Below, piece by piece: positions 8,815 to 18,477 of a stretch of DNA of 64,000 nucleotides (the first letter of the stretch is position 1; the number at the start of each line of letters is the position of its first letter). Location: positions 48,984-112,983 of IMG/VR virus record IMGVR_UViG_3300032295_004079; one strand, 5' to 3'. Source of the stretch: a virus. Lineage: Duplodnaviria > Caudoviricetes. Position numbers and translations under genes: made by a program. A model generated the notes under the pieces. That model was given only the letters and a program-made list of their open reading frames with translations, was not told the origin of the DNA and made no database searches.

Positions 8815-10517
8815 GTTATAAAAAATGTTATGCTACTCGATTAGGTGGAAATAAATATAAAATTCACCTATGGGATGAAGCTGGTTATGATGAGATTGAG
8901 TGGTCTAATGCAGCTTATCAAGAATGTGATGAAAGTGAATCCGAATTTAGGGGCTTGAATTATGAGCCCCTAAAACGGGTTTACAAATGGGATAAAAATA
9001 CTACCCATTTGCATTTTCATGACATGAAACCTCACCAAAAATTTCTTATTGAAAGATATAAGACAGACGATACTCCATCCAAAGGACATAGAGAACTATT
9101 TTTCGATATAGAGTGCGAAATTGGAGGTGCTTTAACTGAAGAATACATTGAAAAGGCTCCTATGCCTATTACCTCTATAGCGTATTGGGATAAAACACCA
9201 AACAAATGGGTGATTTTAATTTTGGATAAACAAAGCCAACTACAACCCTTTAAATCCGAAGATAAAGAAATTATTCCTATTGCTACCGAAAGGCAATTGC
9301 TTACTAAATTTATTGAACATTTTAGATCAATTGACCCAGACATACTAATAGGATATAACAGTGATTTCTTTGATATTCCTTACCTATACTACCGAATGTG
9401 TAATGTTTTAGGTAGTGAAGTAGCTAGTTATTTGTCTCCAATTAACCAAATAACATGCAAAAAAGGTAATGACTATTGGTATGTTGAAAACCAGTACGTT
9501 CAAATTGTAGGAGTTGAATCTTTAGACTATATGCGCTTGCATAAAAAATATAGTTGGAAAGATGAGCCATCCTGGAAACTAGATGCTATTGGAGAAAAAT
9601 ATGCAGGGTTAAATAAAATTGAATTTGATGGAAATTTGGATCAATTATTTGCCACTGACATTCACAAGTTTATAGAATATAACTTTCGTGACGTTGAAAT
9701 TCTTAAAGCGTTAGATGAAAAACTCCAATACATTGGTTTAACAAAAAACTTGGCTCATAAAGGAAAACACAACTACAGTGAAGTATACCAAAACAGTGTA
9801 ACTCAAGATGGAGCAATTTCAGCTTATTTATTAGGAAATGGTATTATCCCACCTCGTAGAGATCCAAATCCACAAAGTAAAAAGGGATATGCTGGTGGAT
9901 ATTTGTTCTGCCCTAAAGCAGGTTTGTACAAGTATATGTTTGATGAAGATTTAACTTCACTATATCCTTCAATTATTATATCTTTAAACATTGGTAAAGA
10001 AACATATACTGGAAGAATTTTAGATGCTGATGATAGAAACAATAGATTAGGTCTTGGAGATCTAAAGCAAATGGATCCAAACGAAACAGTACTGGTTGAA
10101 AATCCTAAAGGTAAGCAAGCTCGAGTAGAGATAGAAAAACTTATTAACATTATAGAAACCCAAAAATGGACTATTTCAGCTAATGGTTCTATGTTCAATA
10201 CCAACCGTGAATCTACTTTAGCAACTATATTGAAAAAGTGGTTCCAAGAACGAGTTGACTATAAAAACTTGATGAAAAAAGCATACAAATCAGGAGATAA
10301 AGAAAAAGGTGAATATTATCATTTGATGCAATACACAATGAAAATTCTACTTAACTCACTCTATGGTGCTACTGCTTTACCTTCATTTAGATATGGAATG
10401 AGCTTTTCTATCTTAAGTGAAGCTATTACATTGAGTGGATGGAGAATTATTCAAGAATCTGCTTTAGCAGCAAATCGTCACATGAACAAGGTAATTAAAG
10501 GGCAAATAACGCTATGA
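8811..10517 (+). CDS. Family B DNA polymerase, N-terminal part (exonuclease, motifs A and B)
   Basis: FFDIE, GYNSDFFDIPY, YNFRDV, DLTSLYPS, KILLNSLYG. Confidence 0.93.
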   Translation: MSYKKCYATRLGGNKYKIHLWDEAGYDEIEWSNAAYQECDESESEFRGLNYEPLKRVYKWDKNTTHLHFHDMKPHQKFLIERYKTDDTPSKGHRELFFDIECEIGGALTEEYIEKAPMPITSIAYWDKTPNKWVILILDKQSQLQPFKSEDKEIIPIATERQLLTKFIEHFRSIDPDILIGYNSDFFDIPYLYYRMCNVLGSEVASYLSPINQITCKKGNDYWYVENQYVQIVGVESLDYMRLHKKYSWKDEPSWKLDAIGEKYAGLNKIEFDGNLDQLFATDIHKFIEYNFRDVEILKALDEKLQYIGLTKNLAHKGKHNYSEVYQNSVTQDGAISAYLLGNGIIPPRRDPNPQSKKGYAGGYLFCPKAGLYKYMFDEDLTSLYPSIIISLNIGKETYTGRILDADDRNNRLGLGDLKQMDPNETVLVENPKGKQARVEIEKLINIIETQKWTISANGSMFNTNRESTLATILKKWFQERVDYKNLMKKAYKSGDKEKGEYYHLMQYTMKILLNSLYGATALPSFRYGMSFSILSEAITLSGWRIIQESALAANRHMNKVIKGQITL

Positions 10518-11473
10518 AACATTTAGAGGAAACACCTTGGTTTGTTTGTGATGAAGGAGATACTAACTTTTGTGCCTACATTGACACCGATTCTAATTAC
10601 TTTAATGCTGAACCACTTCTAAAATATCTGTACCCTGATTTTGAATCTTTTGATGATAGCAAAAAAGATGAAATACTAGAGGAAATAGCACTTAAATATC
10701 AAAATATTATAACTGAACATTATAATGTTTTAGCTAAAGAATGTTTTAATGTACCTGACTTTATTGGAGAGGAAGAACATAAACACCGTTTAGAAATGAA
10801 AACTGAGTGCGTTATCCGCTCAGCTTATTTTAGAGCCACAAGACGATACGCTCAGTGGATTACTAAAAAGGAAGGTATTACTAAAGAGGAACTAGACATT
10901 AAAGGTCTAGAGTTTATGAAAGCTAATTTCCCTCCTATCTTTGGAGAGTTCTTTAATAGCATATTAGAACAAGTACTAAAAGGTGCACAACATAAAGATA
11001 TTTTAGATCAAATTAAAACCTTTAAAAAGCAGGTACTTAACGGAGAAATACCTATTAATAAACTAGGTAACCCTACTTCAGTTAAAAAGCTAGAAAAATA
11101 CACAACCAAAAAACCTAGAGCAGGGGAAGTATTTACGCAAATAGAAAAAGGAGCACCTGCTCCTGTTCGAGCCGCAACGCGATACAATGACTTATTAAGA
11201 TTATGGGGTTTAGATAAAAAACACAATTTAATAACCATGTCTGATAAAGTTAAATGGATCTATCTAAAAGATAATTCATACAAAATAGAGGCTCTAGCAT
11301 TTCTAGATTATGATATGCCAGATAAAATTAAACAATTCCTTGATGCTTACGCTGATAAGCAACAAGTGTTTGATAGCATCCTGTTAAATAAACTTGAAGG
11401 TTTCTTTTCTGACTTAGGGTGGTCTTTAGATTTGAATCCCCATCTAAATTCATTATCTTCATTTGAAATTTAA
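10514..11473 (+). CDS. Family B DNA polymerase, C-terminal part (motif C and thumb)
   Basis: YIDTDS, RRYA, IKGLE. Confidence 0.92.
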   Translation: MKHLEETPWFVCDEGDTNFCAYIDTDSNYFNAEPLLKYLYPDFESFDDSKKDEILEEIALKYQNIITEHYNVLAKECFNVPDFIGEEEHKHRLEMKTECVIRSAYFRATRRYAQWITKKEGITKEELDIKGLEFMKANFPPIFGEFFNSILEQVLKGAQHKDILDQIKTFKKQVLNGEIPINKLGNPTSVKKLEKYTTKKPRAGEVFTQIEKGAPAPVRAATRYNDLLRLWGLDKKHNLITMSDKVKWIYLKDNSYKIEALAFLDYDMPDKIKQFLDAYADKQQVFDSILLNKLEGFFSDLGWSLDLNPHLNSLSSFEI

Positions 11474-11478
11474 AATAT

Positions 11479-12204
11479 ATGATACACAAAAATAAGTTAC
11501 TAAGTTTTATCTCTAAGTATTATCTTAATGGTTTAAATAACCAAGTCAAATGGAGAATTAAGGACAGTAAACTAATAGTTTACGGAGGAACAGCAGGTAG
11601 AGTTTGTAAGGTTGAACTAGACAATTTTCCACTAGAGGATGGAGAACTAGGGATATTTGATACCCACAAACTAAGTAAGTTAGTTTCAATCACTAGTGGT
11701 GAATTAATGATTTTAACTGAAAAAATTAAATCTATATTTACTAAACTACACCTTCAGGATGCAAATTTTAATTTAACGTATTCTTTAGCTGATGTTTTAA
11801 TCTTAGGAAAAAACACTTACTATAATGATCCTGAAAAGTGGATTGTAGAAATTGATTTGGCAACTGAAGATGTTGATAATTTAATTAAAGCTAAAAATGC
11901 GTTAGCTGATGTAGATAACATGTTAATTGCCACTAACAAGGATTTGGATGGCAATTATACGTGTGAATTTATCTTTGGAGATAACACGGGATTCTCAAAT
12001 AAAATCACGTATCAAATTACGTTAGGTTCAAACCCAATTGAAGAATTTCAAATCCCATTTGATTCAAATGTTTTAAGAGATATTTTATCTGCTAACAAAG
12101 ATCAAGACAGATGTACACTAAAGTTATCTCCTGAAGGTATTTTAAAACTAAACTTCTATTCAGATGATCTAAACAGTGAATACTTTGTAGCAAGAAACGA
12201 GTAG
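11479..12204 (+). CDS. Probable sliding clamp (gp45-like)
   Basis: Size, position between polymerase and clamp loader, LGIFD and C-terminal YFVA pattern. Confidence 0.65.
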   Translation: MIHKNKLLSFISKYYLNGLNNQVKWRIKDSKLIVYGGTAGRVCKVELDNFPLEDGELGIFDTHKLSKLVSITSGELMILTEKIKSIFTKLHLQDANFNLTYSLADVLILGKNTYYNDPEKWIVEIDLATEDVDNLIKAKNALADVDNMLIATNKDLDGNYTCEFIFGDNTGFSNKITYQITLGSNPIEEFQIPFDSNVLRDILSANKDQDRCTLKLSPEGILKLNFYSDDLNSEYFVARNE

Positions 12205-12214
12205 GCACTATATG

Positions 12215-12737
12215 TATAATAAAGTAATACAGCTGGAGCGTATTAAATTTATGTTAAACCGAGGATCCTAGGACCTCACAAACCCGTATATCTTATGAGT
12301 ACTTTATTTAATGAATTCGACATCCTATTTCACAACTTCTTCCACCCATCGAGTGGATTTCTCTCTGCCTCAACGGCAAAACAACCCCACCCTTTAAATA
12401 TCTTTTATACCGAAGACAAACTTCATTTTGAAGTTGCGTGCACCGGTCTTGCAAAAGAAGATGTAAACGTGAATATCGAAGACGATATTCTCAAAATCAG
12501 TTACAAGAAACCAGAAGAAGAAGAAACACTTCATCCTGGTACAATTTACAGAGGCTTAGCAAAACGTTCATTCGATCTAGGCTATAAAATCTCAGCAAAA
12601 TATGATTTAAGTAAAGCAGAAGCCAAACTTGAAAATGGCTTGCTTGAGATTTCTATCCCAGTATCTGAAAAAGCTAAGTCAAAAGTTTTAAAGATAAAGT
12701 AAAAAACCCCTTTGCTCCAGCGTATTACTTTATTATA
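12215..12737. repeat. 24-bp inverted repeat bracketing hsp20 (12215-12239 / 12714-12737)
   Basis: TATAATAAAGTAATAC(A)GCTGGAGC vs GCTCCAGCGTATTACTTTATTATA; one bulged base. Confidence 0.9.
12295..12702 (+). CDS. Small heat-shock protein Hsp20
   Basis: P.NI, EVACTGL, YRGLAKRSF, AKLENGLLEISIP. Confidence 0.92.
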   Translation: MSTLFNEFDILFHNFFHPSSGFLSASTAKQPHPLNIFYTEDKLHFEVACTGLAKEDVNVNIEDDILKISYKKPEEEETLHPGTIYRGLAKRSFDLGYKISAKYDLSKAEAKLENGLLEISIPVSEKAKSKVLKIK

Positions 12738-12765
12738 TTTAGGTTATATCTAAAAATAAGTTATA

Positions 12766-13083
12766 ATGATTCGAAAACGAAAAACAAATCAAACTCTTAC
12801 GGATTCAAAACTAGATCCCTTTTTTATTACTGTAGACGACTATTGTTTTACAATAAAAGAAAAAGTAACTCCAGATACTACCCACTTTAAATCAAATGGT
12901 GGAACTAAAGTATATGAACGATCTTTATTCTATTATCCTAGCTTAGATACAGCTTTAGTTAAAATCTCTGAATTAAAGGCAGGTATGGGGGATTTTAATT
13001 CTCTGGATGAATATTTAAAAAATTATGAAACTATTAAAAACGAAATAAAAGAATACACACATGAACTTAGAAGCATTATTTGA
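12766..13083 (+). CDS. Hypothetical protein
   Basis: 105-aa ORF after a promoter-like site. Confidence 0.6.
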   Translation: MIRKRKTNQTLTDSKLDPFFITVDDYCFTIKEKVTPDTTHFKSNGGTKVYERSLFYYPSLDTALVKISELKAGMGDFNSLDEYLKNYETIKNEIKEYTHELRSII

Positions 13084-13357
13084 TGCCGTTATAGTTAAAC
13101 CACAGGAAACTGAGGAAACTACATTTGGAAACATCATTGTACCAGATTTGGGTAAAGAAAAAAACGAAACTGCTATTGTTGTAGCTGCAGGACCAGGTAA
13201 GTATTCAGTTACAGGTAATTTTATCCCTAGCACTGTAAAAGTGGGAGATATAGTAGTATTGCCTACTATGGGATTTACAAAATTCCCATTTGATAACGAA
13301 GAATATTATGTAGGACCAGAAAGTCAAATTTTAGCAAGAATTAAAACTGAAGGATAA
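13061..13357 (+). CDS. groES: Co-chaperonin GroES
   Basis: LFDAVIVK, GNIIVPD, VVAAGPG, VKVGD.V. Confidence 0.93.
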   Translation: MNLEALFDAVIVKPQETEETTFGNIIVPDLGKEKNETAIVVAAGPGKYSVTGNFIPSTVKVGDIVVLPTMGFTKFPFDNEEYYVGPESQILARIKTEG

Positions 13358-14967
13358 TGGGAAAAGAAATAAATTTTGGAAACACAGCTCGTACCGAGCT
13401 AATGAAAGGAATTGATATTTTAGCGGATGCGGTTGTAACTACTTTAGGTCCTAACGGACGAAATGTTGTAATTGCTAACAATGGTATTCCACAATCTACT
13501 AAAGATGGTGTTACTGTAGCTAAATCTATTACTCTTAAAAATGCTACTCAAGAAGTAGGTGTACAACTAGTTAAACAGGCTGCTATTAAAACCGCAGAAA
13601 AAGCAGGAGACGGTACAACTACCTCTACTCTTTTAGCTAGAGAAATGGTTAGAGCAGGTTTGCAAGCTCTAAACAATGGAGAAAACGCTGTTGAAATCAA
13701 AAGAGAAATTGATAAAGCAGTTGACGCTATCGTAAAAAACCTAAGAGAAAATATCTCCGAAGATATTTCCTCTGAAGAACAACTAGAACAAATTGCTACT
13801 ATTTCCTCTAACAACGATCCTGAAACCGGAAAATTGATTGCAACCGCAATTGAAAAAGTAGGTATGGAAGGAGTAGTTCATATTGAAGAATCTAGAACTG
13901 GAGAAACATATCTTGAAACTGTAGAAGGTATGCAGTTTGACAGAGGATACAAATCTCCATATTTTGTAACCAACAACAATAACATGACTGCAGTTTTGGA
14001 AAATGCTGTAGTGTTGATTGCAGATCAAAAATTTACACAAGTAAAAGAATTGTTACCTATTCTAGAGGCAGTATCTTCACAAGGTAAATCACTTTTGATT
14101 ATTGCAGAAGATGTGGATGGTGAAGCGTTAGCTACTCTCATTGTAAACAAAATGAGAGGTATCATGAAAGTATGTGCTGTTAAAGCACCTGACTTTGGAG
14201 ACAGAAGAAAATTAATTTTAGAAGACATTGCAGTTACAACTGGTGGTCAAGTATTCTCTAAAGAAAAAGGAATGAAACTTGAGAAATTTAGTTGGGACTG
14301 GTTCGGAGAAGCAAGAACAATAACTATAGATAAAGAAACAACCACAATTGTCGATGGAAAAGGAAGAACTGAATCAATTGAAGCACGTATTGAAGAGCTA
14401 CAACAACAAATCAACAAAGCACAAACCCCGTTTGAAATTGAAAAACTCCAAGAAAGACTGGCAAAGTTCGTCGGAGGAGTAGCTATCATTCACGTAGGTG
14501 GAGCTACTGAAACAGAAATGAAGGAACTTAAGGATAGGGTAGATGATGCACTACACGCAACAAAAGCCGCTATTGAAGAAGGTATTGTACCAGGTGGTGG
14601 AGCTGCCCTATGGTATGCACGAGAAGCTCTCATGTACCCTAGTACAACAGGAGCAAAAATCGTTTACAAAGCATGTGGTAAACCATTTGAGCAAATTCTA
14701 GTAAATGCTGGATTCAGTTCAACTGAAGCCCAAATGGTAGGTTTACAACTTGATCCTTCTAACACCTGGTTAGGCTATAACATTAAGGAAGAAAAATGTG
14801 TAGACATGAAAGAAGCAGGTATCATCGATCCTACTAAAGTAACTAGAACAGCTCTACAAAACGCAGCTTCAGTTGCGGGTACTATTCTCTTAACTGAATG
14901 TACAGTTGTAGATGAACCAGAAGAAGAAAAATCAAACCATATGGACCCTATGATGGGCATGATGTAA
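13357..14967 (+). CDS. groEL: Chaperonin GroEL
   Basis: TLGPNGRNV, TKDGVTVAK, GDGTTT, KAPDFGDRRK, GIVPGGG, Met-rich tail. Confidence 0.98.
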   Translation: MGKEINFGNTARTELMKGIDILADAVVTTLGPNGRNVVIANNGIPQSTKDGVTVAKSITLKNATQEVGVQLVKQAAIKTAEKAGDGTTTSTLLAREMVRAGLQALNNGENAVEIKREIDKAVDAIVKNLRENISEDISSEEQLEQIATISSNNDPETGKLIATAIEKVGMEGVVHIEESRTGETYLETVEGMQFDRGYKSPYFVTNNNNMTAVLENAVVLIADQKFTQVKELLPILEAVSSQGKSLLIIAEDVDGEALATLIVNKMRGIMKVCAVKAPDFGDRRKLILEDIAVTTGGQVFSKEKGMKLEKFSWDWFGEARTITIDKETTTIVDGKGRTESIEARIEELQQQINKAQTPFEIEKLQERLAKFVGGVAIIHVGGATETEMKELKDRVDDALHATKAAIEEGIVPGGGAALWYAREALMYPSTTGAKIVYKACGKPFEQILVNAGFSSTEAQMVGLQLDPSNTWLGYNIKEEKCVDMKEAGIIDPTKVTRTALQNAASVAGTILLTECTVVDEPEEEKSNHMDPMMGMM

Positions 14968-14970
14968 GTT

Positions 14971-15234
14971 ATGGAAAAAAAGGTTGTTGAAAAAAACATC
15001 AGAATCGCTCGGAGAATACCTCCGGGCGATAGATGGAAACTAGAAATAGAGGAAGGTAAGGAAAAAATCCATGGTTCTTTAACTGAAGCTTTAGAAGCAT
15101 ATATGGTACTAACTGGCTTTAGAGGTGAATATAGACTTGCCCCTATGAAAAGTGAGTTGTATATTATACAAAGTGAAGAACAAGAAATAAAACCTGTACC
15201 TGAAAAGAAATACTCTATTTATGGCGAATACTAA
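14971..15234 (+). CDS. Hypothetical protein
   Basis: RIPPGDRW motif ORF. Confidence 0.6.
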   Translation: MEKKVVEKNIRIARRIPPGDRWKLEIEEGKEKIHGSLTEALEAYMVLTGFRGEYRLAPMKSELYIIQSEEQEIKPVPEKKYSIYGEY

Positions 15235-16162
15235 AGAACATAGTTTATTTGTAGAAAAATATCGTCCTTCCAAACTAGAAAATTATGTGGGTAATGAGCA
15301 TCTCAAATCCACAATTTCTAAATACCTGGAACAAAACGATATTCAAAATCTTATATTTTATGGTCAAGCAGGAGGTGGTAAAACAACCTTAGCTAAATTA
15401 ATCGTTCAAAATCTTAATTGCGATTACCTGTATATCAATGCTTCAGATGAAAGAGGTATTGAAACTATACGAGATAAAGTATCAGGATTTGCAAGTGTTG
15501 CTTCTTTTAAACCATTAAAAGTGGTTATATTGGATGAGGCAGATTTCTTAACCATTAATGCTCAAGCCTCACTTCGCAATGTAATTGAAACATTCTCTCG
15601 TACTACACGTTTTATAATGACTTGTAACTTTGTAGAGCGTATTATAGATCCTCTACAATCAAGATGTCAGGTAATTAAAATTGTACCTCCATCTAAAGGT
15701 GAAGTAGCTGCTCATATTGCAGGCATTATGGAAAAAGAGGGGGTTTCATTTGAACGTGAAGATCTAAAAACTATTGTAAACCAATTTTATCCTGATTTAC
15801 GTAAATGTCTTAATACTATTCAGTTATCGATTGCACATGATAAAGTAAAAGGTGAAGACGATAAATGGCTTAGAATAGATAAATCAATACTTGTATCTTC
15901 TAACTACATAGATAAAGTAATTGATGAATTAAAAAAACCAAAACCATATTTTAACAACATTCGACAAACGATTGCGGATTCAAATGTGGAAGATTTTGAT
16001 GAATTATTTAGAGCATTATACGAAAAAGCTTCCGAATATTTACCTAATAAGGAAGGGACAGTAGCCATGCTAGTAAATGATCATCAATACAAAGCTAATT
16101 TTCGTATTGATAAGGAAATTAACGTTATGAGTTTAATACAAAATCTAATAAACAACAAATAA
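15221..16162 (+). CDS. Clamp loader AAA+ subunit (gp44/RFC-like)
   Basis: VEKYRP, GQAGGGKTT, INASDERG, ILDEAD, SRC. Confidence 0.95.
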   Translation: MANTKEHSLFVEKYRPSKLENYVGNEHLKSTISKYLEQNDIQNLIFYGQAGGGKTTLAKLIVQNLNCDYLYINASDERGIETIRDKVSGFASVASFKPLKVVILDEADFLTINAQASLRNVIETFSRTTRFIMTCNFVERIIDPLQSRCQVIKIVPPSKGEVAAHIAGIMEKEGVSFEREDLKTIVNQFYPDLRKCLNTIQLSIAHDKVKGEDDKWLRIDKSILVSSNYIDKVIDELKKPKPYFNNIRQTIADSNVEDFDELFRALYEKASEYLPNKEGTVAMLVNDHQYKANFRIDKEINVMSLIQNLINNK

Positions 16163-16164
16163 AA

Positions 16165-16401
16165 ATGGAACAACCACAACTTAACATTGACCTAAAAAAC
16201 ACCACAGGAATTCAAAATTCTGAAGGTGGGAGTGTATTTCAACAAGGTCTTATCCTAAGAAAGATCTCTAAATTTATTGCAGGTACACCTGAAGATGCAA
16301 TTCTTCCAATCCCTGTATTTTATGATCCTCATACATTCAAAATCTTTGGAGAAGCACTACCAAAAGAATTGCGTGAAGAACTTAAAGACGAAAGCATTTA
16401 A
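16165..16401 (+). CDS. Hypothetical protein
   Basis: 78-aa ORF in operon. Confidence 0.6.
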   Translation: MEQPQLNIDLKNTTGIQNSEGGSVFQQGLILRKISKFIAGTPEDAILPIPVFYDPHTFKIFGEALPKELREELKDESI

Positions 16402-16814
16402 TGAAAAACGTTTTTGATTGGTTAAAGGAAATCAATTCTACAAAATCCCATCCTGATACATTTACCAATCAGGATTGGGATATTTGGAATTCTTACATGG
16501 TACATCGATTCCTAAGTATGAATCCAGATTATATAGAATTGGTAAATGAAGTTCAAACATTACCCCCATCCAACAAAAAACAAATATATTCAATTTATAG
16601 AGAATATATTCCTAAAAACAACAAATGGTCTAAATATGTTAAATCTAGCAGTAAAGAATTTGATAAAGATCTAGTCTTACAGCTAAAAAAACACTTTAAT
16701 GTTTCTATTCGAGAAATAAAAGACTATTTAAAGATTTTAGATAAAAAAGAAGTACAAAGTATTTTAAATAAACAAGGTTTAGAAGAAAAAGAAATTAAAA
16801 AATTATTAAAATGA
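16401..16814 (+). CDS. Probable clamp loader small subunit (gp62-like)
   Basis: FDWLKEI, YMVHRFLSM, KWSKY; near gp44-like gene. Confidence 0.7.
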   Translation: MKNVFDWLKEINSTKSHPDTFTNQDWDIWNSYMVHRFLSMNPDYIELVNEVQTLPPSNKKQIYSIYREYIPKNNKWSKYVKSSSKEFDKDLVLQLKKHFNVSIREIKDYLKILDKKEVQSILNKQGLEEKEIKKLLK

Positions 16815-17038
16815 AACCAGAATTGTACGACATGCTCTTTACCCAAGCGATGGCCGAAAGAAGCAAAGCAATGTTAACTCTTAATCTATTATCTGAACAT
16901 CCTGCGGGTATTGGAGACCATTCAACTAAAGATTTCTATAATAACGCTGAAGAAGCTCTAGCTATGCTAGTGGATGCAGATGATAAAATTGAAGCATTGC
17001 AAAAATATTTTAAATCTAAATCTAAATCTATAATCTAA
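16811..17038 (+). CDS. Hypothetical protein
   Basis: PAGIGDHS motif. Confidence 0.6.
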   Translation: MKPELYDMLFTQAMAERSKAMLTLNLLSEHPAGIGDHSTKDFYNNAEEALAMLVDADDKIEALQKYFKSKSKSII

Positions 17039-17274
17039 TGAGCGATTCTATAACTGCTTACCACGATAGAGAAAGAGATAGACAGGACAAATATGTTCAG
17101 TCTGTAAAAGAAAAATTTGAACAGCGTTCACAAACTGGAATTAAAAAATATAATACTACTCTAGAAAGAGAAGATCTAGATTTCCTAGACTGGTTAAATC
17201 ACCTCCAGGAAGAACTAATGGATGCTACTTTGTACATAGAAAAACTAAAAGATTTTGCCCAAAAAACTACCTAA
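17038..17274 (+). CDS. Small helical protein, possibly NTP-pyrophosphatase-like
   Basis: GIKKYNTTL...WLNHLQEELMDATLY. Confidence 0.5.
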   Translation: MSDSITAYHDRERDRQDKYVQSVKEKFEQRSQTGIKKYNTTLEREDLDFLDWLNHLQEELMDATLYIEKLKDFAQKTT

Positions 17275-18223
17275 AATAGTTAAAGAAATTCAAAAAGCTA
17301 CTCCACCACCTGTGAACTATGCTTACCAAAAAGGAATTTCTTTCTCTCAACTAACCATATTCAACAACTGTCCTCACAGATGGAAACTGCAGTATAAGGA
17401 TAGAATTAAGGTATTTACTTCCTCTATCCATACTGTATTTGGTACCGCAATGCACGAGGCTATCCAAAAATATTTGGATGTAATGTATGCTAGCAGTGGG
17501 GCTGAAGCCGATAGACTAGACCTAGTAGAAATATTTCAGGAAAAGTTTGTTGGAGAATATAAAGCTCAATACACATCAAACAATAAACAACATTTTTCCT
17601 CAGCAGAGGAAATGAGAGAGTTTTTTGATGATGGAGTAGAAATCTTAAACTGGTTAAAGAAAAAACGAAACAAGTACTTCTCTAGAAAAGGATGGTACCT
17701 AGTAGGTTGTGAGATACCTATCGTAATTCAGCCAAATAAAATGTATAATAACGTATTATACAATGGATTTTTAGATGTTGTGATGTACCACGAACCAACT
17801 AATACATTTAAAATTCTCGACATAAAAACAAGTACTAGTGGATGGAGAGATAAGGAAAAGAAGGACGAAAACAAGCAATTCCAGCTAATACTATACAAAC
17901 ATTTCTTTTCAGAACAATACAATGTCCCTATTGACAACATTGAAGTAGAATTCTTTATTGTTAAACGGAAAGTAATGGATTGGGACGATGAGAAAATTTT
18001 ATCTCCACATCAAGCTTACAGAGTGCAAACATTTGTTCCGGCTAGTGGGAAAATCAAAATAACTAAGGCTAAAGAAGCTTTAAATAATTTTATAAAAAAA
18101 TGTTTTAATACCTCTGGAGAAATAAGGGAAGAAGAATATCCAAAAGTTGTAAGTAAATGGAATTGTTTGTATTGTCCTTTTAAAGAAGATAAGGATAATT
18201 GCGGAGAAGGCATTATTTTCTAA
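17255..18223 (+). CDS. PD-(D/E)XK Cas4/RecB-like exonuclease
   Basis: SFSQL, CP, FGTAMHE, GFLD, LDIKTS, QL..Y, C-terminal CLYCPF...C. Confidence 0.85.
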   Translation: MPKKLPKIVKEIQKATPPPVNYAYQKGISFSQLTIFNNCPHRWKLQYKDRIKVFTSSIHTVFGTAMHEAIQKYLDVMYASSGAEADRLDLVEIFQEKFVGEYKAQYTSNNKQHFSSAEEMREFFDDGVEILNWLKKKRNKYFSRKGWYLVGCEIPIVIQPNKMYNNVLYNGFLDVVMYHEPTNTFKILDIKTSTSGWRDKEKKDENKQFQLILYKHFFSEQYNVPIDNIEVEFFIVKRKVMDWDDEKILSPHQAYRVQTFVPASGKIKITKAKEALNNFIKKCFNTSGEIREEEYPKVVSKWNCLYCPFKEDKDNCGEGIIF

Positions 18224-18234
18224 TCTTTAGTATA

Positions 18235-18242
18235 TATTTATA
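18235..18242 (+). promoter_or_regulatory. TATTTATA putative late-promoter motif (also 1374, 56472, 60839, 63934)
   Basis: Recurs just upstream of operon starts that lack the TTGG box. Confidence 0.5.
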
Positions 18243-18285
18243 ATATATAAGTATATTAATATTCACTAAAACAATTATTTAAATT

Positions 18286-18468
18286 ATGGCTAAAGACCTA
18301 ACTTTAACAAGCGTAAAAATTCAAACAGATTTGTTTGAAAATTTTAAAATTGAGTGCGTAAAACGAAAATTTAGTTTTCAAAAACTTGCCGATCGAGCTA
18401 TTTATTTGTATCTTACGGATGAAGATTTTCGTAAAAAAATTACAAACCAAAACCTTACCGAACTTTAA
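18286..18468 (+). CDS. Small ribbon-helix-helix-like protein
   Basis: LTSVKI strand followed by two predicted helices. Confidence 0.5.
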   Translation: MAKDLTLTSVKIQTDLFENFKIECVKRKFSFQKLADRAIYLYLTDEDFRKKITNQNLTEL

Positions 18469-18477
18469 AAATAAAAT

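Noticed and set aside
10440-10600. Intron or intein at the polymerase split
   Set aside because: The genes overlap by 4 nt, leaving no room for an intron, and no intein motifs are present.
17255-18223. CRISPR-Cas locus based on the Cas4-like gene
   Set aside because: No array or other cas genes; solo Cas4-like nucleases are usual in phage replication blocks.
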